This document shows positions 19,144 through 28,164 of a stretch of 35,201 nt of DNA, one piece after another. The translations under genes and the position numbers were made by a program. The notes beneath the pieces were generated by a model, which saw only the letters and a list, made by a program, of their open reading frames with translations, was not told where the DNA came from and searched no databases. Source of the stretch: an uncultured archaeon (GTDB taxonomy: Archaea; Asgardarchaeota; Thorarchaeia; Thorarchaeales; Thorarchaeaceae); the NCBI GenBank assembly GCA_964458565.1, contig CAYWJO010000032.1, positions 1-35,201 on the forward strand, read 5' to 3'. Each line of letters opens with the position of its first letter. Within the stretch, counting starts at the first letter, position 1.

Positions 19144-19829
19144 TATAATCTGTCTAGGACAATATCCCACGCTCGCACAAAATATTCGTATACCTGATTC
19201 CAATCCTCACCATATCCCCACCCAGCGTGAGTGAGTACAACTCTTGTCTTTACAGAACTTTCCACCTTCAATTGCACAACGACCCACGTCTTCAGCTTTC
19301 TGAGTCTGGGAAATGAAGGAGGTGCATTCCAATCAAATGATATCATCTCCTTTGGAAGATAGCTCAATATTCTCACGCCCTCTCCCCCCTTCGAACCAAG
19401 AGGCGCATCGGGATCAAAGTAAATCTCATAGGCTCCGCCAATCCGAAGATCTACCTTTGTTTCTGGAGCGAAGAAGGTTAATGCACCCTCTCTCGTTGTC
19501 CAAGCTTCCCAGACATCATCTAACCCTGCGTCAACTACCCTCTCTTTTCTTATCGCTTTCTCAATGGGATCAATGCGACGCTCTAATGAGGGGGTACTTC
19601 CTTCTCCAGCTATCTCGAGTACATCAAAGAATGGTATCCTTACAACCAATCCTCCATTTGCTTCCCGAATAATCTTACCCTTCCGGAATAGTCTGTAGTG
19701 TGTTCCCTCTGGTAAAATCGACACAAACATCTTGATGTATATTCCAAGTAAAATCATCATGAGAATCGTTACCAATGCTATGAAAATAGCTAGGTTATCT
19801 CCAAGCCATGCTAAAATTGATGCCTGCAT
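19101..19829 (-). CDS. membrane-anchored SRPBCC/AHSA1-like protein with an SPFH-like N-terminal module
   Basis: N-terminal TM; DVWEAWTT, DLRIGGAYEIYF, ISFDWNAPP, TRVVLTHAGW, WDIVLDRL typical of SRPBCC. Confidence 0.82.
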   Translation of the reverse strand: MQASILAWLGDNLAIFIALVTILMMILLGIYIKMFVSILPEGTHYRLFRKGKIIREANGGLVVRIPFFDVLEIAGEGSTPSLERRIDPIEKAIRKERVVDAGLDDVWEAWTTREGALTFFAPETKVDLRIGGAYEIYFDPDAPLGSKGGEGVRILSYLPKEMISFDWNAPPSFPRLRKLKTWVVVQLKVESSVKTRVVLTHAGWGYGEDWNQVYEYFVRAWDIVLDRLYQRFSIGPIDWDAL

Positions 19830-19841
19830 AACTCTTCCTCC

Positions 19842-20093
19842 TTACAAAGCTAAACCTTCTTCATTTTCTCGCCAGTATGTATAGTCGTTGTGGAGCTTTC
19901 TCATTCGATGGTGTCGTATGAATGTATCGCCATCTAGTTCTCGGGAGAGTTGAAGGCTCTTAACCCCCCATTTTATATGTTTTCTGACTTTCTTTTCATC
20001 AATACCTAATCTTATTGATAGTTGTTGTATAGTGATGACGTCACGCTCATTTGCCTCTCCTATACACCTCATACGCTCCTTAAAATTCCACAT
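19842..20093 (-). CDS. small winged-helix (PCI-like) protein
   Basis: ITIQQLSIRLGIDEKKVRKHI...ELDGDTFIR pattern; GAGG RBS upstream. Confidence 0.5.
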   Translation of the reverse strand: MWNFKERMRCIGEANERDVITIQQLSIRLGIDEKKVRKHIKWGVKSLQLSRELDGDTFIRHHRMRKLHNDYTYWRENEEGLAL

Positions 20094-20214
20094 CAATTAC
20101 TTCCTCTCTCAACTATAGATTATTTTGAAAGGAGATAAGTTTCACGTCCTCAAAATCAGTAAAGTTATGTAAAAATTATGCATTGTATTTTTGATTGTTT
20201 GGTAGTGTTTAAGG

Positions 20215-22311
20215 ATGATCAAAAAGCCATTCCCATTAGCATTGTTGTCAATGGTATTACTTCTACTAATGTCAATGCAACAGGGATGCAATGATGTTCC
20301 TGAAAGAGTTCTACAGAATCCCTTCACAATAAGCCAAGAGAATACAATAATCTACGAGACCATTGGAAATCCTTACTACCTGGATCCACACATAAATTAT
20401 GAGTCCTTTGGTAATTGGATATCATTCAATGTTTATGAAACTCTGTACACCTATCCATGGGATAGTGCTGATTCAAACCCAACTGTACCACTTTTAGCTT
20501 CTGACAAGCACATTTCAGAGGACGGACTGGAATACACATTCTTTCTCAAATCAAACATTGAATTTCATGATGGAACACCCTTCAACGCTAGTTGCGTTAA
20601 GTACAATATTGAGCGAGTATTAGCTGTCTTTGATAGTTGGGGTCCTGCATGGATGATTTCTTGGCCTATATTAGGTGGGAGAGCCGTTGCGGATGCAGTC
20701 TACGAATATGGTGAAGGTAGTCCACAACATATTGGAAATTATACAGCATGGAAATCAGCAAACGATGCTGAAACCGGAGCTATTTTCGTTATGGATACAT
20801 ACACTGTTAGAATTCGACTTGCCTACCCGTATGCTGGATTCATTGCGGCTCTGACCTACTCAGTAGGATCAATGATGAGTCCGACTTGGGTTGAAGCTAA
20901 TGGCGGAGTAGTAATTGGTGAACAAAACGAGTATATTACTGAGCACACTTGTGGTACTGGACCATATATGGTTGAGAGTTGGCACCGTGACTATAATATC
21001 ACTCTGATAAAAAATCAAAATTACTGGAGGGAGTCAGCAGCTCAGTCCCAATTTCCAAATGCGGGTTCAATCAACACAGTCATAATCAGAACAAATGAAG
21101 ATGTCAATTCTCGTATACTGAATTTGCAGCATGGTGTGACTGATGGCTGTTACTGGCCAATCTCACATGCATATCAGGTCTATGATCTAGAACAAGAGGA
21201 AGTCAGGAGTGAGTGGCAAGACAAGGTGAACGTCTGGCCTCACAATCCAACTTTCAATATTATGATGTTGGGTTTCAACATGAATCCATATATCAATCAA
21301 TCAGGAATACTGACTGAAAGCCCCTTCAGACTCAAATCATTTAGACAGGTTGTGTCTTACATCTTCAATTACAGCCACTATATCGATGAGGTGTTGTATG
21401 GTTATGCCCAACGATTACATGGACCAGTTCCGAAAGGGATGTTTGGGCATGCAGATGATCTGTTCATGTACAAGTACAATTTTACAATGGCACTAGAGAA
21501 ATGGAACGAGGCTATGGCTGCTGGTCTTGATGAAATTTGGGCGAACAATTCATACCAGTTCACCATGTACTATAGTTCAGGTAGTAGTAGTGTGCGAGGA
21601 TTACCATCAATGTTAATCAAATATGGAATTGAATCCATTCTTGCAGACCCCGATGCTATACAACCATCTGCCCCTCTCTCTATCGAATCTGAAGGGATTT
21701 CTTGGGAAGACTACCTTTACCTGATCCAGAACAGGCAGCTCCCAATCTTCTACCTTGGTTGGGCACCAGATTACGCAGACCCAGACAACTATGTCGATCC
21801 ATTCGTGAAGAGCACTGGATCCTATCCCCTCAGGATTGGTCTTGGTGTTTCTGAAGGCTGGGATGCACCATACGTTGATGGACTGATTGCTTCTGCATCT
21901 CAGAGTCAGAACAACACCGAGCGAATAGAGCTATACCACGAGATTCAGGAGCTAATTGTTGAACAGACTGCATATCTGTGGGTATACCAAGCTGAGGCTT
22001 TTCATGTCGAAAGAGTTGAGATGAATGGATATCAGTTCAATCCAATGCATTCCTACTGGGGTCGATATTTCTATCATTATTGGAAAGGATTGGTGAACTC
22101 AACTACAAGCACTAGTGTGACAACACATACAACCTCAATTACAACGACTCAAACGCAGACCACAACCTTACCAACAACTTCAGCCTTAGTCACAACTACA
22201 CCTCGATTTGATGAACTATTTGGTAGTCTAGCAATTATAATCACTCTAAGTTCCATCGCAGTTATTGTTGTCTTTGGTGTGTTAATAGTGAGAGATCGCC
22301 TGTATAGGTAA
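20215..22311 (+). CDS. ABC transporter peptide-binding protein (family 5) with Thr-rich linker and C-terminal TM anchor
   Basis: signal peptide; LDPH, NVYETLY, FHDGTPFNA, GTGPY, GWAPDYADPD motifs; TTT-rich stretch followed by a TM. Confidence 0.93.
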   Translation: MIKKPFPLALLSMVLLLLMSMQQGCNDVPERVLQNPFTISQENTIIYETIGNPYYLDPHINYESFGNWISFNVYETLYTYPWDSADSNPTVPLLASDKHISEDGLEYTFFLKSNIEFHDGTPFNASCVKYNIERVLAVFDSWGPAWMISWPILGGRAVADAVYEYGEGSPQHIGNYTAWKSANDAETGAIFVMDTYTVRIRLAYPYAGFIAALTYSVGSMMSPTWVEANGGVVIGEQNEYITEHTCGTGPYMVESWHRDYNITLIKNQNYWRESAAQSQFPNAGSINTVIIRTNEDVNSRILNLQHGVTDGCYWPISHAYQVYDLEQEEVRSEWQDKVNVWPHNPTFNIMMLGFNMNPYINQSGILTESPFRLKSFRQVVSYIFNYSHYIDEVLYGYAQRLHGPVPKGMFGHADDLFMYKYNFTMALEKWNEAMAAGLDEIWANNSYQFTMYYSSGSSSVRGLPSMLIKYGIESILADPDAIQPSAPLSIESEGISWEDYLYLIQNRQLPIFYLGWAPDYADPDNYVDPFVKSTGSYPLRIGLGVSEGWDAPYVDGLIASASQSQNNTERIELYHEIQELIVEQTAYLWVYQAEAFHVERVEMNGYQFNPMHSYWGRYFYHYWKGLVNSTTSTSVTTHTTSITTTQTQTTTLPTTSALVTTTPRFDELFGSLAIIITLSSIAVIVVFGVLIVRDRLYR

Positions 22312-22380
22312 GTACTAACATAGTTCACTAATTTGATTCTATGCCTTCTCTGAGTCTTTGAAGTATAAACGAATAAGATA

Positions 22381-22402
22381 TGGTGCGCTTGGTGGGGTTT
22401 GA
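22381..22402 (-). repeat. orphan tRNA 3'-end fragment (copy A1)
   Basis: minus strand TCAAAC-CCCAC-CAAGCGC-A-CCA = T-loop, T-stem 3' strand, acceptor 3' strand, discriminator, CCA. Confidence 0.65.
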
Positions 22403-22478
22403 GATCGTGCTGCGATAATCTTGCTTAATCCTCGCATTATTTATTCAATGTACAGAGGTTTACTCAAGAGGTATAATC

Positions 22479-23405
22479 GTGAAGATATTTCAAAGACCAT
22501 TCAGTTTTGAGAGAAACTTGGATGAGGTACGTTTGTTCCTGCTCGAGGTCTACAAACAAACCGATGCTCTTCATTACCTGATTCCAATAAAGATTGAGAA
22601 CCAGAAATTTGGTCCATGCGGTGAGGATTATTCTCCTAAAGATGATGAAGCACTTAAGATTTGGAGAACATCAGACAAGGACGATTCTGACATTGTTGCC
22701 ATATCTCATCGTGGTTCAGCAGCAAATTATCACATTGAGATACACCCAAGCAACAAATCATTGGAAAATGATTTGTTTCAAGAGATTGAGAAGCTCGAGA
22801 GAAACATTGTTGGCAAATTAGGCTCTCGAATGTATATGTACACAGTAGGTCCTGATTCTATGAGACCTAAGGTCCTAGCTGAAATGGGCTACGAAGATTA
22901 TGGTCTTCACGAATATAATTATGAATTCCTTCAGGGAGCTTCGATACCTGACAATCCGCTACCAGATGGATACAGAATAAGAGGTCTAAGAGATGAACAA
23001 GATTATGTCAAGTTTATCGAGGTAATCGGTTCAGTCTACGACCATTGTCGTCAATATATGACTCTTGAGAAGATGAGATGGATGACAGAGGCTGAATTCT
23101 ATCATCAAGACCTTAACTTAGCCGTTGCTGATGAAAAAGACAGGTTTGTTGGATTCTGTATGTATCGATTGGATCCCATCACAGGTATCGCAGAAATGGA
23201 ATCACTAGGTGCTCATCCTGATTCCAGTGACTTGGGACTAGAAGAGGCTCTGCTCTCAGAGGGTTTAAGACGTGTGATGAAGCATCAGCCAAGATTAATC
23301 TGTGCAGTTGAGATCGATATTTCAGACCCAATGAATAAGGAGCTCGAATCTGCAGGTTTTGTTCGAAGCGTGACGATGAACATGTGGGGAAAGATTCTAG
23401 AATGA
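22479..23405 (+). CDS. GNAT-family acetyltransferase (tandem domain)
   Basis: LPDGYRIR, FVGFC, AEMESLGAHP...LGLEEALLSEGLRR, LESAGF: GNAT fold with a degenerate acetyl-CoA motif. Confidence 0.72.
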   Translation: MKIFQRPFSFERNLDEVRLFLLEVYKQTDALHYLIPIKIENQKFGPCGEDYSPKDDEALKIWRTSDKDDSDIVAISHRGSAANYHIEIHPSNKSLENDLFQEIEKLERNIVGKLGSRMYMYTVGPDSMRPKVLAEMGYEDYGLHEYNYEFLQGASIPDNPLPDGYRIRGLRDEQDYVKFIEVIGSVYDHCRQYMTLEKMRWMTEAEFYHQDLNLAVADEKDRFVGFCMYRLDPITGIAEMESLGAHPDSSDLGLEEALLSEGLRRVMKHQPRLICAVEIDISDPMNKELESAGFVRSVTMNMWGKILE

Positions 23406-23412
23406 GAAGAAG

Positions 23413-23427
23413 TGGTGCGCTTGGCGG
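23413..23427 (-). repeat. orphan tRNA 3'-end fragment (copy A2)
   Basis: TGGTGCGCTTGGCGG, 14/15 identical to 22381-22395; minus strand reads CCGCCAAGCGCACCA. Confidence 0.55.
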
Positions 23428-23433
23428 TCAAAA

Positions 23434-24279
23434 TCAATTTTGGACTTTGTCCAATTCCTTCCGACGTTTTTGAATTTTCGAGTATAATTCGTCGGAGTTT
23501 TCGGGTGGAACATGCAGCTTCTCTTTTCTCTTCAGCTCCAAAGCATCTGAAGGACAATTAGCAACACATATCCCACAACCGATGCAGCGATCTAGATTGA
23601 TATTCACTGTTTCTTCTTCTAGCGTTACTGCCTCCATCTGACACAAGTCAACACAGGTTCCACATGCAGTGCATAACTTGGAATCAACTTCAGCATAGTA
23701 ATTGGTGGTGAAGAAATCTACTGTACGCGGGGCCATTTTGGTGCTTGCGAGGAGTCCACAGCAACACCCACAACAACTGCATACAAATTCGAGGTTTTGG
23801 GTGTTACTAGGTTGAAGGACTAAGCCCTCATTTTTATTTTGCTCAAGAATGTGAAGCATTTCTTCCTTAGAAACCTCGCGGCCCCACCCAAAATCAGTAT
23901 ATGCTGTTGTGAACTTGCCCACACCAAAACAGAGTTCTCGTCGATCTGTAGCTTTACATGGCTCACCACCGACATCTTTCTCTTCCCGACAAACACAATT
24001 GATGACCACAAATGGGCCCTCTGATTCTTCGATTAGAAGCTGAATATTATCATACTGAGCAACACTATCTTCCCGTCGGATACTTTTTCCAACAGGTATT
24101 GTGCGAATCTGTGGGATGCCGGTTTCCTGAATCTCTTCTATGGGTGGTGAGCTGTAGAAATGTTGAATGTCAGTGACGAGTTCAGGCGTGATATTACCTA
24201 CTTGAAATTCATAAATACCAATCACCCACGGGGCATTGCCATAAAATTTAGTATTGTTTTCCCTTCGGTATGTGATGAA
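23434..24279 (-). pseudogene. 5'-truncated 4Fe-4S dicluster protein (Cys-rich CSCCGCCC family)
   Basis: CVCR, CSCCGCCC and two CxxCxxCxxxC motifs; the frame stays open upstream of the annotated GTG (KTFITYRRENNTKFYGNAPWVIGIYEFQ) to a TGA next to the tRNA, with no start codon. Confidence 0.65.
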
Positions 24280-24311
24280 GGTCTTTCATCGAAATTCAAA
24301 AGAATGAAAAA

Positions 24312-24449
24312 TGGTGCGTCTGCCGGGACTTGAACCCGGGCCGGTTCCGATCTGCGGTCCAGAAGAACATTCCTCCAGACATTGGCAGGGAACCATCATA
24401 GCCCCGTGGCCGATTTTTCAGAATCCGAAAAACCTTAGACAACAGACGC
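24312..24449 (-). tRNA. tRNA-Gly(GCC) with two introns (D-loop 24406-24435; canonical 37/38 at 24350-24382)
   Basis: removing 30 nt and 33 nt leaves the 75-nt GCGTCTG TT GTC TAGGGGCTAT GAT G GTTCC CT GCC AC GGAAC CGGC CCGGG TTCAAGT CCCGG CAGACGC ACCA, colinear with the tRNA-Gly(TCC) at 14724; TTTAAA box ~25-30 nt upstream. Confidence 0.93.
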
Positions 24450-24979
24450 CTAGAAGAAGTCGCGTGTAGTGTGGATTTAAAGATTATGACATGTCATACC
24501 AATATGGAGATGACCATATGATTACCTCATATCGTGAGGGTTCTAAGGGGCAATGATGGATGACCTATTGTTGAAAGCGAGTGAACTTCAACTTCATACA
24601 ACTCATGCGTTCCACCCGTCCCTTGCCAGTGTTACCACCATCCATCATTTTTGAGAAAATGCTAGACTTAGCAAAGGTACTGTCTGTTATCATCGGGATG
24701 GAATCCCTCCTACAGTCCTGGCTTCTTTCTCCTGTTGTGTTCTGGTCGTATCATCTCCAGCAACAGCGAGTGTTTCTGCATCTTTTTCCACAGCCAGGTC
24801 ATTATCACCCTTCCTAACCTCATCACTGAAGTCAAGAAGACTCACTTGAGCATGGTGAACGACCTTGGAATTCTGATGAGGTTTCTCTATAATTGATTCC
24901 ATTATTGAGATAATTTCATTGATTCTCGTCGCTACATCATTAGGAATCAATAAAAGAACGTAGTACCAATCAGTGTTTT

Positions 24980-26107
24980 ATGTCCGACTTGGCAATGGAA
25001 TCCAAAGAACCAATTTCTGCCTCACCTGAAACAAAAAAGAGCGGAACACGGTTAGAGTGGATTGATGTTGCGAAGGGCATTGGCATGTTTCTTGTTATTT
25101 GGGAGCATGCTACCTATGCAGATTTTCCTCCCTTGAATCATGTTTTTGTAAGCTTTGTAATGCCGATGTACTTCTTACTTGCAGGCTTGACCTACAACAA
25201 TAAAAAGTACCGCCAAGATTTGAGGGGATTCCTCTCATCTCGAGGTCGCCAGTTCATGATACCCTATGTGATTCTCATGGGTCTCTGGATTGCTATGGCT
25301 GCTCTTATCCCGGGAACTACGGAACAAGGCGCTGGAGAACTTGTATTCTGGTTTGTATATGGAGCTGGTCCTCCAACTGGATCTCCACACCTCTGGTTTC
25401 TTCCTATGATGTATCTAGCGATGATTATTTTTGTCGTCCTTGACAAGGTGATGGAACGATTGCCATATCAGGCAAAATGGATTCTGTTTCTCGTGTTTCC
25501 ACTGATTGCACTATACTTCAATACCATCTTTGCAGGTTACTTAGTTTCTGCTTGGCCTTATACTACAGGTCTTGTGCCCTGGCGATTGGGTGGTGTGTTT
25601 GTTGCAGCTACATTTATGCAAATGGGAAATGAGATACGGCGCTTCATGAAGCTCAAGGAATGGTCGCTTGGTCGAACATCATTAGATATCTCTGCTATTA
25701 TTGGGATGAGTATGATTCTTCTTGCTCTCTCGGAGATGAATGGTTACACTGACATTGCTTCAGATATCATCGGTTTGATCTGGATATACTTAGCAACTGG
25801 GATAATTGGGACCTATATTATGTTTTCAGGATCTTTTCTAATCACAAAATACACAACACGATTCAAGGATTTCCTTGTGAGGGTTGGTAACAGCTCACAA
25901 GAGATTTATGAACTTCATCCTATGACGATGCGTCTATTACCACCTATTCTTGGAATCTTCGGTGTAGCAGCGGAACTTTGGTGGCTTAACCCTGACTGGT
26001 GGCTCTTGAATTCCATCTTCATTTGCATTACCACCATTCCTCTGGTGTTCTATGTAATTAGTAAGAACAAGTATTTGAGATTCATATTCAAGGGTTCAAC
26101 AAAGTGA
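24980..26107 (+). CDS. acyltransferase family 3 membrane O-acyltransferase (paralogue 1)
   Basis: RLEWIDVAKGIG..LVIWEH, SFVMPMYF, HLWFL, GNSSQEIYELH; ~10 TM. Confidence 0.92.
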   Translation: MSDLAMESKEPISASPETKKSGTRLEWIDVAKGIGMFLVIWEHATYADFPPLNHVFVSFVMPMYFLLAGLTYNNKKYRQDLRGFLSSRGRQFMIPYVILMGLWIAMAALIPGTTEQGAGELVFWFVYGAGPPTGSPHLWFLPMMYLAMIIFVVLDKVMERLPYQAKWILFLVFPLIALYFNTIFAGYLVSAWPYTTGLVPWRLGGVFVAATFMQMGNEIRRFMKLKEWSLGRTSLDISAIIGMSMILLALSEMNGYTDIASDIIGLIWIYLATGIIGTYIMFSGSFLITKYTTRFKDFLVRVGNSSQEIYELHPMTMRLLPPILGIFGVAAELWWLNPDWWLLNSIFICITTIPLVFYVISKNKYLRFIFKGSTK

Positions 26108-26199
26108 TATGTAGCAACAAAAGATGTTAGTCTTCCCTGATGCGAGCTTCGTAAGCAATAAAAGGAATTTTACCTAAAAACGGGTTGTAACAGGAAGGG

Positions 26200-27345
26200 A
26201 TGGATTTGGCAACCTCTCAAGAACCATCGCAGATTACAGAACAAAAGAGGATACAATCTCGAATAGAATGGGTGGATGTTGCAAAGGGTATTGGTGTCTT
26301 CATTGTGATTTATTGCCATGCTACATGGCAGAATGTTCCTCCATGGGACCATCTTCCTGTTAGCTTTGTTATGCCCATGTATTTCATGCTCGCCGGACTC
26401 ACCTACAATAACAAGAAGTATCGTGAGAATATGAAGGAGTTTGCTATTTCTCGTGGTAAACAATTCATGATTCCTTACACCATTCTCATGGCTCTTTGGA
26501 TTCTTATGGCTGCTCTGATGCCCAGTTCTTCTATTCAGACTTGGGATGAGCTGATTTTCTGGTTCTTATATGGTGCCGGACCTCCAACAGGGTCTCCCCA
26601 TCTCTGGTTTCTTCCCATGTTGTACCTAGGAATGATTATCTTTGTGGTATTTGACAAAATACTTGCTGGACTTCCTGACATCTCAAGATGGTTATTGATT
26701 CTCTTCTTTCCACTTGCGACAGTATTTCTCAATGGATATGTCGCAACTTTTCTATTGGAATATTTCCCTTTTACAGCGGGTCTAATCCCCTGGAGGCTTG
26801 GTGGAGTATTCATGACAGCTGCATTTGTAGCCCTGGGAAATGAAATTCGTCGATATATGAAACTCAGGGATTGGACTATTGGTCGTCTTAGTCTGGATAT
26901 ACCTGCAATCGTTGGAATGTCAATGATTCTAGTTGCAGTTTCAACAGTAAATGGATTCACAGATATAGCCTCAGACAACATTGGTCTTGTTCATCCAGTT
27001 TACGTTTCAGTTTGGCTTTACTTGACCACGGGTGTTATCGGGACTTGCATAACCTTTGCAAGCTCTTCATTGATTGTCAAATTGACAACACGTTTCAAGA
27101 ATTTCATGATACGAGTTGGGAACAGCTCCCAGCAGATTTACGAGATACATCCGATGATACTTCGTCTTGCACCACTCTTCTTAGGTCTGTTCGGAATAAT
27201 AATGATTAATCCTGTTGAAAGTGCCATCAATTTCTGGATCTTCAACTATATCTTCATCACAGTATTGTCCATCCCTATTGTCTTCTACGTGATTAACCGA
27301 GTATCAATACTGAGATTCATGTTCACAGGCTCAAAGGATGAATGA
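26200..27345 (+). CDS. acyltransferase family 3 membrane O-acyltransferase (paralogue 2)
   Basis: RIEWVDVAKGIG..IVIYCH, SFVMPMYF, HLWFL, GNSSQQIYEIH. Confidence 0.92.
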   Translation: MDLATSQEPSQITEQKRIQSRIEWVDVAKGIGVFIVIYCHATWQNVPPWDHLPVSFVMPMYFMLAGLTYNNKKYRENMKEFAISRGKQFMIPYTILMALWILMAALMPSSSIQTWDELIFWFLYGAGPPTGSPHLWFLPMLYLGMIIFVVFDKILAGLPDISRWLLILFFPLATVFLNGYVATFLLEYFPFTAGLIPWRLGGVFMTAAFVALGNEIRRYMKLRDWTIGRLSLDIPAIVGMSMILVAVSTVNGFTDIASDNIGLVHPVYVSVWLYLTTGVIGTCITFASSSLIVKLTTRFKNFMIRVGNSSQQIYEIHPMILRLAPLFLGLFGIIMINPVESAINFWIFNYIFITVLSIPIVFYVINRVSILRFMFTGSKDE

Positions 27346-27412
27346 TTGATTTCTCTAGCTCTTGTAGGATAATACATTAGGAGGCCTCTCCTACAAGACA
27401 ACCCGACATAGG

Positions 27413-28105
27413 ATGAGTGCTACACAGGAACTCGTACAGCTCAAGAAAGAGATTATGCAGGAGATATACAGGAATCGAATGCTCTTGACTTCGGTTCGTG
27501 ATAAGCCTGAAGGATGGACTTTGATATCCGGACTTTGGAGTCCGTTCTATATTCAGCTTCGGATTCTAAGTTCTTTTCCCTCAACTCTAAAGAAGGTCGG
27601 AATCGCAATGTCTCAGTTGATAAGAGAGGAATCTCCTGATGTGACCAGGGTGGTCGGTATTGCACATGCAGGAGTACCTATAGCTACTGCAATTTCTTTG
27701 GAATCGGGAATCCCTGCTTGTCATACTAGAAAAATCGCTGGAGTCAGATCCGAAGAGGACTTGAGAGATGCGATACCTAATTATGGTCAGCATTCTCTTC
27801 TTGAGGGGATTATTGAAGAAGATGATGTCTTATGTATCGTTGACGACCTAGTTACAGGGATGAACAGTAAATTGATTGCGAGAGCACAGGTCTTAGAGGA
27901 GATACAAAAGAGGGGTGTTTCTGGTGTTCGATGTGATGCTATTGCTGTAATAGTTGATCGGCAACAAGGAGCGGTAACCATCGCAAAAGAGAGAGGTCTA
28001 AATCTGCACTCATTAATCAAGTTTGTAGATGAAGGATTACCCATTCTGAGGGGTGATATGTCTGAAGAAGAATATACTTCAATCATTGAATACCTTCAGA
28101 ACTGA
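27413..28105 (+). CDS. pyrE: orotate phosphoribosyltransferase-like protein
   Basis: TLISGLWSPFYIQLR, GIAHAGVP, IVDDLVT PRPP motif, IVDRQQG. Confidence 0.8.
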   Translation: MSATQELVQLKKEIMQEIYRNRMLLTSVRDKPEGWTLISGLWSPFYIQLRILSSFPSTLKKVGIAMSQLIREESPDVTRVVGIAHAGVPIATAISLESGIPACHTRKIAGVRSEEDLRDAIPNYGQHSLLEGIIEEDDVLCIVDDLVTGMNSKLIARAQVLEEIQKRGVSGVRCDAIAVIVDRQQGAVTIAKERGLNLHSLIKFVDEGLPILRGDMSEEEYTSIIEYLQN

Positions 28106-28164
28106 GTCTTACAACAAATAGAAAATCCTTTCAGACGCCGATGTAAGTCAAATTTGCAACAGCT

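Noticed and set aside
24226-24300. In-frame TGA upstream of the Fe-S gene as a possible selenocysteine codon
   Set aside because: Not at a Cys-equivalent position, no room for the N-terminus before the tRNA, and no SECIS recognised
24581-24950. Two overlapping short ORFs between tRNA-Gly(GCC) and the acyltransferases
   Set aside because: Weak starts, no recognisable motif and mutual overlap; may be a decayed gene but cannot be supported
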